Source: Octopus bimaculoides
Taxonomy: Eukaryota
Reading direction: 5' to 3'
DNA: 64,000 nt
Assembly: GCF_001194135.2 (NCBI RefSeq)
Contig: NC_068995.1
Location: 54,132,846-54,196,845 of the forward strand
The translations under genes and the position numbers were made by a program. Under the pieces are notes generated by a model. It made no database searches, was not told where the DNA came from, and was given only the letters and a program-made list of their open reading frames with translations. Below are positions 42,312 through 55,171 of the stretch, in pieces. Positions within the stretch are counted from its first letter, which is position 1. Every line of letters begins with the position of its first letter.

Positions 42312-43621
42312 TACATAAATAACACCGGATGCGTAAAATGGTTGCAGCTAATCCCTAGCTTCTATACAAGCTCATACATATGCAGTGTATCACGATTATG
42401 AACGCATGTAATTTCACCTTAAGTTTTACGTTGGCAATATCTAACAAATGAATCAAGATTCGCACATAAAATTAAGAGGTATATTTCTCGTCTCCAAGAG
42501 ACAAAACCCACCTGGACGGAATTTTAAATATGTTGTGATTTATCTCTATTATTTGCAGGTTACTGAATCCACTGAAATGAAACAACAACGATATAATTGA
42601 AGGTGCCGGAATCTGGTATCTCTGTCAGCGGGTTGTATAGTGACGCATTACTTTCCACCACGTACATCTCTTTCGATACATTGCAAAGATAATTTATCAC
42701 ACTATTGTGCAGTTACTCTTAGTTTAGAGGCACGACCCGGAAAACGGATTTGGTAGACATAAGGTGCGTAAAGGTATTTCATATTACCTATTCATGTGAC
42801 GAATTCTAAGGCTTCCAATTTCTTTATAAAGTTGGGATAAAATTTATATCCGAAAGTATATGCATACAGAGTACCGAACTCAAGACGGAGATTAATACAT
42901 AAACCAATGTTGAGTCATCTAGGTTTCAATTCATTGGCAAGCAAGGTTACAAATTAGAAATTTCAGTTGAAATGTGTGTGTGTGTGTGTGTATGTATGTG
43001 AGAGCTTATATATATCTGTGTAATACATACATGCACACACATACACACATAATCGTATCAGAAGACGCAACAATGAATATAAGTTTGTAAATACGTGTTT
43101 TAGTTGTTTCATTATGTAAGTCTCTCTATGAATGATGCATGAAAAATTGTGTATCATTTATCTATGAAATAATAAACAAAAGCGATTTATATGTACTCCA
43201 TATATAAGAAGAAAAAAAACATATATAACACCTGATGTATAAACAACCAATGAAAAATTCAGGTGGACTGAAATAGATGTATAAAAAATTATGAATGGAA
43301 CTATTATTTTGAAAGCTTAAGGTAGTATCCATACAACTGCATCAGTGTTTGATTAGAAGAATGAATTTGTTGTGAAGTATTTTGGAATATATTGGTTGCT
43401 ATGGGAAATATAGCAGTGCGGAATTGTAATCGTATTTCTCAATGTAAAGTGAAACACCGACATCTGTCACTCAAAAGAGATATATAAATAGCCGTAAATA
43501 AATTAACACCCAATATAATAAACAAACCACTCATTGTCTTGCGAAGAATCTCGAATCAACTGAGTAACTGCTCCAGGATTAATTATCACATTCACACATA
43601 AACATACCATGAATATAACAC

Positions 43622-43666
<45 letters not shown>

Positions 43667-44059
43667 AGTGTAAGGTCCAAAGATCGAGGTATAGGAATAA
43701 TGACAATTGTAGTTTATTGAGACGGAAGGTCGTTGATTTTTTTCGTATTGAAGAACAATAAGCTGAAAAAATGTCTTTTGATTTTTCTACAATAGGTGAC
43801 CATAGTTGCAGAGAGCGAATAAGTATACAACAGTTACGGAATGTAGTAGGTAAGAACCGGGCTACATATGTTTCATAGCGGGCGGAACCTCAGATGTGGT
43901 AAAAATCCAAGGGAGATGCATACTGCTGGCTATTCTTCAAACTAAGGATATCTTAATCAAATTGAAGGTTACATTGTCGTAAGGATGTACATGTTGACGC
44001 ATGTCAAGTCGATATTTATCAACACTATTCCAACACTTCTCCTAATCTTCTCAATAAGG

Positions 44060-44970
44060 ACCTAATTTTGATATCATACGAGCAGCCAGCCGAAATATAC
44101 TATTTCATGGAAAATCCTGGACCCGCAATGATAGACCCAATTTTTCGACATCTCCATGTGAGCAAATGACTACGCCCAAGTCACTGACCGTGTAGGTCTC
44201 TACCTACTTAAAGGTCTTTATGAAAGATTTCTTAACATCCCCAGTGGTCTATACAGCGACGATGCTCTGTTCACAATCCAAAATTCTAGCAACCTAAAAA
44301 TCGAACCGATTAGAGAACTATTTAGAAGATATTTTTTTTTAAATGTCGGCTTCAGCGTCTCATTCTGTAACAACGTCAAAACTGTGAACTTCTAAGACGT
44401 AACCCTATTCTTGCAAAACCAAAGCTTCAATCCATATCACAAACCTGGGGAAAACCTCCACTACGTGAACTTCTACGGCACCATTTCCGTCTTAAAGTCT
44501 ATTGTGGAAAGCGTTTCTTACCGGATCTCCTCACTATCTGCTTATAAAGATTTATTCTATCAATATACTGAATATTATAATTGTGCCCTACAACGTGCCA
44601 AGTATAAATACGCAAATACATCCTCATGTGGGATATTCCTCTCTCCATTAAATCCGGAAGAGAAAGCAGTTCCGCACGCCCATTTTATAAATTTAACACC
44701 TTATCCCACCCTCTAATACCCGTCCCAATTTAAAAGTATCAGACGACCTAACAAACGACCCCTTACCAGATGACCCCAAATCCTATATACACCATAACCC
44801 ACCAAAACAAACCTCCAAAATCCTACCTCCATTCAGTTAATCCACCTAATCGGATTCAACGAAATAGAACCCGGGATCTTATCTGGTTCCACCTTCACCC
44901 TTAACGTTCAGACTCAAGCACCCAACATTTTTTAGCCTCACCCTAAAAACATTTCCCTAAAAGCATTCAA
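44060..44970 (+). mobile_element. Penelope-like element RT fossil (FDVTMG/YRDDG-type lineage)
   Basis: Translation gives RAASRNILFHGKSWTRND, FFDISM*ANDYAQVTDRVGLYLL, GLYSDDAL, KTVNF*DVTL, FNPYHKP, RISSLS, YNCALQRAKY and RNRTRDLIWFH...KHFPK, colinear with PLE RT and linker motifs. Confidence 0.85.
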
Positions 44971-45028
44971 CCTAGTTAGTTCCAACAAAGGTAATCTCAG
45001 AGGAAATATACGCGCTGTGAGCACCATT

Positions 45029-45063
<35 letters not shown>

Positions 45064-45654
45064 TATTTTTTCTTTTCTTTTTTTTTTATATCATCCTGTC
45101 ATTTCTCTGTCACGTCGTTCCCTCTGCAAGAAATCAGCTCTTTTCAGACCCGGAAATGGTTGCGCACCTCCATGTCAAATACCAGCATGGTGTCGCTTGA
45201 ATTCCATCAACACACACAAACACACAAGCAAACGTACTAAAGAGTGAATCTTATACTTGATTGGATTATATGCATTAGCTGTATGACGGATGTAACTTTC
45301 AGTGTTTTATGGGGTTGGACTTTCTATTCATAGTTAAAAACATTAAAATTCACATTACCAATGACGAGAATGAAAACAGCCTCCCATCCAAATTTGATTG
45401 CACCGCAAATTTAGAAACCTAACGTGTCTGGTTGCTGTCCATCTCCTCATTTTCGATCAGTTATACATTTGTAAAACTTCTTTCACAATTGTGAATAGAT
45501 ACCAATAGAGAGATGGCAAGCGACACACATACACACAAACACAGACACAGACACACATACATACACACAAGCACACACACAGCTAGTTCTAAAATCTCTA
45601 CACGATATATATGTAATAACAATAGTAGACAGTAACGTTTTATTACTACTAAAG

Positions 45655-45996
45655 CATGTCTGTTCTATACAGAACTGTTACTATATTTTAACCCCAGGAA
45701 AACGCCTTTTCCACCTGGCTAACGACACACAACCTGTGTGACTAAGTGAGCAAATTACTATCCTCCAGTAGATCATGGTTTCTGGGCCTTTACCCGTAAT
45801 CGGTTTCTGGGTCTTTACCCGTAATCGGTTTCTGGGTCTTTACCCGTAATTGGTACTGGATACCTGCGTGCTAGGGATGGCAGTCAATCCCTTACTCACA
45901 ATATATCGGACACAGGTTGTGTGTAGTTAAGCAGCTGGAAAAGACGTTACCCTGGGGTTAAAATGTAGTAACGCAGTTATTTATTGAACAACCATG
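45655..45996. mobile_element. Non-autonomous foldback/MITE-like element with about 85-90 bp TIRs
   Basis: Left gttactatattttaaccccaggaaaacgccttttccacctggctaacgacacacaacctgtgt versus reverse complement of right gttactacattttaaccccagggtaacgtcttttccagctgcttaactacacacaacctgtgt. Weaker symmetry extends outward to catg at both ends. No TSD could be resolved. Confidence 0.85.
45777..45851. repeat. 25-bp tandem repeat x3 (ggtttctgggtctttacccgtaatc) inside the TIR element
   Basis: Three near-identical units counted directly. Confidence 0.95.
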
Positions 45997-45999
45997 TTA

Positions 46000-46170
46000 T
46001 AATCTTTTCTACTCTAGGCACAAAGCATGAAATCTGGGGGGATTAGATCAACCCTAATACAAGGTTTAACTGGCCAGATGCTAGTTAAACATACTTGCCC
46101 AAGGTAACACGATATAAAACTGAACCCGGATCCTGTGATTCGGTGTATCTTCACAGCTTGCCCTGTGCCT
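46000..46170 (-). mobile_element. Degenerate chimeric SINE: type A head and CORE-like block with type B tail
   Basis: Reverse complement: aggcacagggc...ccgggttcag...accttgggcaagta...gggttgatctaatc...gtgcctagagtagaaaagatt. Confidence 0.6.
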
Positions 46171-46171
46171 A

Positions 46172-46238
<67 letters not shown>

Positions 46239-46243
46239 TTATC
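46172..46243. repeat. (TATC)n microsatellite
   Basis: Directly visible. Confidence 0.95.
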
Positions 46244-47678
46244 TGTCTGTCTGTCTGTATAATCTATGTATGTATGTATATATGTATGTATCTATCTATT
46301 GTTCTTTCTTTCTGTTTGTATGTACGTCTGTCTATCTCTCTATATAAATCTCTGTGTCAAGATAGATGGATAGAAAAATATGCAGATAGATTGGTAGATA
46401 CATAAATAGATCATTGGGTGGGAATGTACAAAGCGTGTAGCGAAAATGTTTTTGTTTTCTTAAATGAATGAAACTGAACTCCGTTGTAGAAAGCAAGAAA
46501 TTTATCTGCAGTTTGCTAGCGTTCTCGCCGCTGGTTTCAATGGATGAAAAGTATTCTTACCAATATATATTGGGCGAGGTTGATTCGGTTATTGAGAGCT
46601 ATGTTTAATGGCTATAAATATCAAGTAGCGTATGTCACATAGTCAAAAATATCAGTTTCACTGTCTGTTTTACTTCATCAGCTTCGTATTATCTACTCCG
46701 ACATCTTTATGCTTCGAATGAATTAGCAAATGATATAACCGTAGATCAAGTTTTGATATAACTTCTGTATTCATAAATCATTAGTTTTGAAGATAAAGAA
46801 CAATAACCGTGTTATGTTTACTGTTAAAATTCTTAATGTAATCCACACTCTTAGGTTCTCTTTTTCCCCAGCACATTCCTCAATCCATCTTTTTATCTTT
46901 GTGTAGGATTACATTAGAAGAATTATTATACTGTATAAGACATGAGACTGAATTAGATTTAGTTAAGTGCATAATTAAGATGATATATGTGCCGGTATTT
47001 ATAGAATGATCTATGATACAAGAGATATATTATAAATCAGCTTTAGATGAATGGATAAAATTGCTGATGTGATAAAGGACGAAGTGTTTATTATAGCTGA
47101 TTAAAAACGAAAAGAACTGATCTAAACATAAGTAATGTTACGTCGTCTAATTCTTAAGCTGCTAAAAGATGGCGCGAGAAACAACTCGATGTCCAGGAAA
47201 TCTAATCTATTATACATGGCTCGCCGCTTACCACTGATATGCATTTCTACAAGTTAAACTGAATAAATGGTTTCTTTTTGTTGGGGGATTATATTCATAA
47301 TGAGAGTGTTTGAAACTTGGATGTCTCATCGCACAGCGTTCAAAGGAAAAAAAAGGGCATGTTATTAGAGAATTGTGATCCCAACTTGTAAGCATAAATG
47401 TATGAACTGGCATCACTGAACGTCTAGCAAAACAAATTTGTCTAAGGTGAACATATTTCCAATAATTCACCGCACTCAATATAAATGAATAAATAAATAA
47501 ATAATGATAATAATAATAAAAACAACAACAACAACGATTGAGAAACAATAAGCAAAAATAGTTGGAGCATTCAGACACAAAATTTCTGCATTTGGACTGG
47601 GGAAACATTTGACATCTCCATTGCGGATAAGACTGTCGATAACAAACTAGCCAAACTAGAAAATATATATTTCTGATA

Positions 47679-47684
<6 letters not shown>

Positions 47685-47714
<30 letters not shown>

Positions 47715-47718
47715 TGTA

Positions 47719-47779
<61 letters not shown>
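47685..47779. repeat. (TATG)n-(TG)n compound microsatellite
   Basis: Directly visible. Confidence 0.95.
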
Positions 47780-47781
<2 letters not shown>

Positions 47782-49614
47782 ATAACGTTAGTAAAAAGTT
47801 TTAGAAATCCAACGTAATATATTTTTAAACAGTAGAATCTTCAACAACGGAATAGTTTTCCACAAAAATAACTTCGAACACACCTTCTTTAAAAAACACA
47901 TTGAATGGGAAGAAAGAATTCACGGTAGCAGTATATGACAAAACAACTAAAATGTTTCTATCTGAAACTGACACACAAGGACAAGAGTAAAGGAAGATAA
48001 TCGAATTATGCATTGGCAAAGCCACAGAGGCCTTCTTTGTGACTTGTACAGAACAGTTTGAGGCAGTTTCAATGAAGTCTCCCGCATCGGTTGATACTTA
48101 TGACAAAATATATGTTGTTAAATCATTATGCGTGAAAGAAAACAAAATTAATATGCTTCATGACTGTTGATTAATTTCCCATATCTCGAAAAAAATGCAC
48201 AAGAATTATTACTAAATATATTGCTAACAACTTTGTCACCTGGCTCGCATCTGATACTCTATGAAAATGGATATGTGCAAAGCACAAAATTCGCCGGATT
48301 GCTCTCCCTGGTAGTCGTTCAGAGACACACTTAACTGTTGGTCGTTAAGCACAGAAAGTGCATCTGGTACGCATGCGTATTTATACGACAGTTAAAGCTT
48401 TTCTGATTAGAGGAGCTGCACAAGCTAATTGAGAGAAAAAAAAAACAACAGCTACAGACTAGGAACACGGCTTCTGATAACCAACAACTGTAATGGTTCC
48501 ATAATAATTGCCTCCACTGTTGTCAGAGATCCCTCTGCTTTGATTAGAAAATCTGACTTGAAAATTCAGTAATCTTCTAGCTCGTGTACAAATTGCGACG
48601 ACACCCATCATATACGAAAATAAACAGAAATACTAACAGGTGGTATGTTTAGGGAACCGAGAGCCAAACCGGTAAATACTATGAAAGTAACTCTGGATTA
48701 AGATTAAGGAACATCTGCAAACATGCACTTGCCTGGGGAAGCAACGCAAAAAAATTTGTCAAAACCGGAAAGCAGAAACATCTGTTGTTGCTACTAACCT
48801 AAATATTTGTAGATTGAGAATTGTGAGGTTAAATGTATGAAAATACATATATCAGAAATTAACAACAGAACCGAAATGGATGGCATGCACAGGATTTTTT
48901 TTCATCCTTCGCTTTCACCTACATAAATTTTCTTATATTTATAACTTATTTCTTACACTTATCAACCATTCCATCACAGCGCATTTTACCATATCTAAGA
49001 GCCTAGTACAACGTCCTCTATATAAAAAAAGGAATTCTTATAAAATTGCCCAAAGATCAACTTTGCCCAAAGATCAACTCGTCTATATGTCAGTGAATCA
49101 TCTCAACATGGCTTCAAACACTTGCCATAACTTGTGTCGCCTCACATACCACACTGGCCGCTGATTTTCTATGTCTTAACCGACAAAAATTACAATTACA
49201 TAGTTTCAATCAGTGCATTTATTCAGAATACCCAATAGTAGCCTACCATTAACATTACATTTCTCTTTTGTTATTTTCTTTCTTCTAGATGGAAAGGGGA
49301 CATATTCCCGAAATATTAAAAAAACATTAAACAAACTAATAAAGGAATACAGTATCTGTTCTTATTGTTTCATTTTGATGACGTCATCTTACTCATTTCA
49401 CCTAACATGAAGGCTAAAATTATTTTTTAAATCTTTCATTTCCACAGGTTGCTGTTTCCACTACTGCAGCTACTACTGCTGTTGCTGCCTCTATTTTTCA
49501 TGCACTTTTTCCCTCTTGTTCTTATTGATCTTGTTCTTGTTATTTTGTTGTTGTTGCTGCTGTTGTAGTTGTAGCTGCTGCTACTGCTGTTGCTGCTGTT
49601 GTTCTTCTTCTCCT

Positions 49615-49782
49615 TATTATTATTATTATTATTATTATCATCATCATTATTATTATTATCATCATCATTATTATTATTATCATCATCATTATTATTATCA
49701 TCATCATTATTATTATCATCATCATTATTATTATCATCATCATCATTATTATCATCATCATCATTATTATCATCATCATCAT
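49615..49782. repeat. Alternating (TAT)n/(CAT)m blocks with higher-order 18-21 bp period
   Basis: Block counts TAT8-CAT3-TAT4-CAT3-TAT4-CAT3-TAT3-CAT3-TAT3-CAT3-TAT3-CAT4-TAT2-CAT4-TAT2-CAT4, read from sequence and ORF track. Confidence 0.95.
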
Positions 49783-50639
49783 AGTGGTAATCATAAGACA
49801 CTATAATCTTTGAGAGCGAATTGAAGAGAGAGCGTAATTAATGAATAGGAGGGAATGACGATGCCGGAAGTTGTTGACAGCTTGACAAGGTGTCCTGTGA
49901 TTCGTGTCTGCTCATTGCAGATCATCTGCTGGGTTTATATCCGTAATAGTTAGACATTCGCATAATGAGTATAGTGTAAGTCACAATAGTTCAGATAATC
50001 TGAATAGATGTTGTTACTCGAAAAGTAAGATCTTTCACATGGCTCTATGAATGACATACGAAATAAGCAACACTTGGTCGATTAGAAAACAATGTGATCA
50101 ATAAACTTATTAACAGTAAGTGTTGCCGAATGGCATATTAAAAAAAAAACCAGGAGCGGAGCAAAATATCTCATATAAATGAAAACTATTTCATACATAG
50201 TCACATGCTTCTAAACATACTTAAGCACACATACACATTCACACACACATATTATATAGAGAGATAGATACTTATTTATATATTATTTCATTCCTTTACG
50301 TATTTCAGTCATTTGACTGCGGCTATTCTGGAGCAGCGCCTTATATCTAAATAGGAACAATGGAATGTGTAAATGCACTGAGAATAGTTGAAATATCATT
50401 TGTTAATATATTTGAAGCTTTAACCGGTTTCACAGTTTCCATTGATTTTCAACAAGATCAAATACAAAGACTTATGTTACGTCGTAGCTGTCTTGCTTTT
50501 GACTAGTGTTTGAAATTTGACCTGTTATTATAGAGAGTTCCTGGCTCAAATTAGTATATGTTTTCAATAGTTTTTGATAGGTAAAGGGTAGTCGCATGAC
50601 TGGTCTTAGACAATGACTAAACACACTCATCCGCAGACA

Positions 50640-51925
50640 CCAAAAAAATTTAACAAACAAAGAATATGACTACTTATCCCACTTCGATTGCAAGACCAGC
50701 TACTTCTACGTTCTCCAGAAAATCCATAAGAATCAACTATCAACAATGCATGCAAAGAACTAACTTCAAGTTGCATAAACATATAATACCCCACCAACCT
50801 TAAATTTAGCCCAATCGTAGCAGAACGAATCTGTAAAACACACAGACTGAGCAACATTTTAGATATATTACTGAAATCTATTTTAAAATACATACCAAGT
50901 CTTGTGAGGAGGCGACATGGACGTGTTAAATCATCTCCCAAAATCGATAAACAATGATACTACTATTGTATCTTTTGATGTGGTAAAACTATATACTACA
51001 CTTTCGCATGAATATGGACTACAAACAGTAAGTTTCTGGCTTGAGATATTTCCTCATGAAATTCTGGACTGAACTGAAAAAGTTTCATCACTGAAGGATT
51101 AAAGTTTATCCTCAAAAACCACAGTTTTGACTTCGATGGCAATATTTACAAACAAATATCTGGGACTACAATGGCGACAAAAGATGCTCCGACGTACGCC
51201 AATCTAGTCATGGCATACAAGAAGGTTTCTAGACATATGAATAATCTAAATTAATATGTCTTGAACTTCCACAAATATCAACAAGAAAACAGGAAATGTT
51301 ATTTAGATGACTGCCTAATCCTTTGGACGTACACATTGGAACAACTTATAGATTTCAAAAAATCTAATCAACAGCATAAACAATGATATTAACTTTGCCA
51401 TGGAATACAATAAAACTGAACTATCTTCCTGGATATTATAATCATCAAAAGAGATAAAATCATTGAAACAGATGTTCACTACAAACAAACAGATTCTAAA
51501 CAATACTTACTATTCTCCTCATGCCATCCTAAACACACGAAGAATAATATCCCCTTTGATCTAGCAAGAAGCATCTGCATAATTGTTTCAAACCCTGAAA
51601 CCTGCAATAAAATACTCCAGGAACTGAAGCAAGTACTACTTAAAAACAATACCCATTAATGCTAATAGACAACGAAATAGAATGTGCCAAAGCAATAAAT
51701 ATCGAAGAACTACGAAAAACGAAAAACGCTCCAGGGACATCCAATATTCTACCTTTTATTACAACACGAAACCGAAGAAGCACAGTGGTTTATAATATTA
51801 TCCACCAGAACACCCCACTACTAAAACAAGACCCAAGGATGAAACAAACATTTGAAATGCACAAAATAATCACAAGTAAAAGACGATCAAGTTCCCTCAA
51901 AAAATTCCTCACAAGTCCTAAATAA
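50640..51925 (+). mobile_element. Penelope-like element RT pseudogene (about 1.3 kb; RYLDDC-type lineage), truncated before the GIY-YIG domain
   Basis: NLTNKEYDYLSHFDCKTSYFYVLQKIHK, THRLSNILDILLK, IVSFDVVKLYT, YKQISGTTMATKDAPTYANLVMAY, YLDDCLILW, DVHYKQTDSKQYLLFSSCHPKHTKNNIPFDLARSI and LPFITTRN...KKFLTSPK, with several stops and frameshifts. Confidence 0.92.
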
Positions 51926-52089
51926 CCCGATATCCATGTTATAGTAAAAGTAAACAGAAAAATATTGGTATAACGTATCTTTATATAATGCTGTTATATA
52001 AAACTTAAAAATACAAATTACATTTTGTGGTGAACATACACTTTTTAACCTTATTGTGATAATTTTGTTAATGAAGTAAGTCGGTGCAG

Positions 52090-52125
52090 AACAGGCACAT
52101 CAGTGCAGCCACTGATGTGCCTGTT
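52090..52125. other. Perfect 16-bp inverted repeat with 4-nt loop
   Basis: aacaggcacatcagtg-cagc-cactgatgtgcctgtt; the arms are exact reverse complements. Confidence 0.97.
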
Positions 52126-55100
52126 ACTTAATATAATAATTAATATTTATTTAATCATACTCTTTATAGTGTATTTGTGAAACGTGGAAAGTTATGCATG
52201 TTACTTGTTTTCTGATAAATTTTCAATAATTTATTTTACTGTTTAGTCACATTACACGTTTCATCTTTTTTTCACAGAGAGCAAGTAGACTTGATCTAAA
52301 TGTTTTAATACACATTCACCATTATGAGAAGCAGAAAACTCACCATATATGAGATTAGTAGAGATTAGTAGAAATAAGTAGCTTACATATATGTACGGAA
52401 TATAAGATAATTTATAATCTAATTATATCTTGAAGAAATATGTATATATATTCCTTGTGCTGATGAATCTGCGTCCAGAAATATTACAAGGCTAAGGTAC
52501 TCAAAAGAGGATGACAGTCCTTGCTAAAACCATTTACTTTACTTCTCACGATGACAATAACATCATCGTTAATGAAAATGTCATTCTATACATTTCGAAG
52601 TATCCAACAGAAAAAGCTTTGTATTTCAACATCATTTCTTCTTTCCTTCCTTTCTTTCGTCCTTCTGTCTTTCTTTCTTTCCATTTATCTCTCTATTCTA
52701 TACGTCTAGCCTTATGTGTATTTGTTCTGACGCGTGCGCGTATGCCTATAACTTATGCTGATCAGTAAAGGCAAATAATAATAACAAAGAGTAAACTTTA
52801 AACCGTTGGATTTCGAACGAGTTCCCACGTTAATGTATGTTCAGCAGAGAACAAGGCAGCAACAACCTCCGTTGTTTCATGCCATTCACGCAATCAATAG
52901 ATGCCTTGAACCAGTGATTAGTCCATTATAAACCTGCAACGAACGGCGCCGTTGTTAGCAAATTGCGATTTAAAATAGACAAATATATAATAAAAAATGT
53001 GTGTGAAATATCGAATGGTTGCATTAATATAAATCGTATTACTCTAAGGATATCTGTTAGAATTTATAAAAAGATCGCATCTAGCATATGGAATTGAATA
53101 TAAAATCTGCCTAACAACACAATCTGCTGCCTTTCTCTCACTCTCAAAAATAAATATATAAATAAATATATAAAAAATGAAAAGAGGTGTAATCCGAACA
53201 ATCGCTGGTCTATTCATTGCTGAAGGCGGTTTTATGAGAATAATAACAGCAACTAATTGTACAGAGGCTGATCGTTTCGAAATAAAATTGAAATTCATGG
53301 ATTGGCTTCCGATTTTTATTTTAATTTCAAACTATTTTACTGTGTTATTAGTGATATTTTCTAGAATAAGTTTATCAGGAGGCATTTTTCCTCTTTATAA
53401 TATAATGAATACATTCAGAATCCTTTTTAGCTGACATGCATACATACCCACATTTACATACACACCAAAAACAAAGCTCATACACGCGAATATACACACA
53501 TACGTGTGCACATACACATTATAGACAAAGCGCAAAACAGGAAAATTCAAAGGAAATACGCGCAAACGAAAGTCAGCACTTAGTTTACTCTCAGACACCA
53601 CATCCGCTTCAGCATATACTGGATTGTAAGTTTGAATGACTCAAGGCTGTACATGAAATATATAGCATCATATAACAACCTTATAATCATCCGCGTAGTA
53701 ATAACAGTGATTCGGCAATATACACGCGTATAGACATTATACGTTTTAATACGCTATAAATATAGTGTATATGCATGGAAGCTAAAGATATGTATATACT
53801 CCATCGGCTTTGCTAAACTCATTTCTGGCAAGCAGACCTATGTGTACACACTTACATACCATACCTTATATACATAGAGAAAGATGAGAAGAATACGCAA
53901 GCAAACGCACGATGGATTTGTGGCGCCATGACTAAAATATATGGAAGCGCATGAATGCAATACTTTCAGATGGTGTACGAACAAAGCGCAGGGGAACGTT
54001 GATTTGTGTTAATACATACACGCGCGTGCACGTTTATATAGACACACACAGACACACAGATACAAAGACAGATATACTCGCATATGCACACACACAAACT
54101 TCAGACATGTCATAAACAGTTTGAAGCACTAAGGTTTCGCAACCATATCACTCGTGCAGGAGATTTCAGATCTTATGGTGCGTAAATTATGAAAAATCTT
54201 GTTAGAATAAACATTGGATTTTTATTGATTTCAGTTTCCAACAGTTTTTTTTCTTTCGTTCTAAAGAAAGAATCGACTTGAATTCTCCACTGTTATCAAG
54301 CAGCCTTCCTCACAAGTGGATGCACTACACAATATTTTCACGTATTATCGCTGCAACAAATTTGCAGTGAAGAAAAACATCTTTTTATCTCTCTGTCGCC
54401 GATATATAAAGAAACATGTGTAACTATTGATTGGTTTGGTATTTATTAAGGCGCGTGGAACAAAGTAAAGAAAGAAATTAATAAATATCAGATATATATT
54501 AGTATATCTATGAAACCTATATAATCCTTTTTAATATTTTTTCTTGATTTACTTATTGGTTTTGTTAATCATCTGTGCATTGTAAAATGTCCCTTGAAGG
54601 AATTGTATAAAGACCGAGTTGGATTGATATACTCGACAACTCTCTTGCAATAATGAATATAATTAAATTGTGATGAATTGTTTGGAATTGTAATGCCATT
54701 AATTTTATTGTTAAACAAAAATAATCAACATTTTAAATGAGGAATTATAAAATCATATTATGATGTGTTTTTTCTGATACTTTTCCCGGTTGCGTATTAG
54801 ATCAAGAGAAAGTAGTAAAATTAGCGACTTCCGAATGACAGAGAAATTCATATCCTCTTCTGAGCATATCAAAAGAATTGTTGAAGATTAAATCAGTTCT
54901 TGCTATCCCTACGCTATAAAGAGTTGGTTATCTTAAAATAAGTAAAAGCAAAGAAGAATGAGAACACAGGGTATAACTAAAGAGTGACATTCTCTGGAGA
55001 GAATATGAAGGATTCGAACGAGAATGAACTCTATACGAAAGTAAATAGCTGAAATAACAGTGGAAATCTTAGTACACCGTACGTTAGAAATGAGCCAGAA

Positions 55101-55171
55101 CTCCATAGACACTCGCGCGCACACACAATCAGAATGCAAGTAATATGTGTGTGTGTGTGTGGGGGGGGGTG

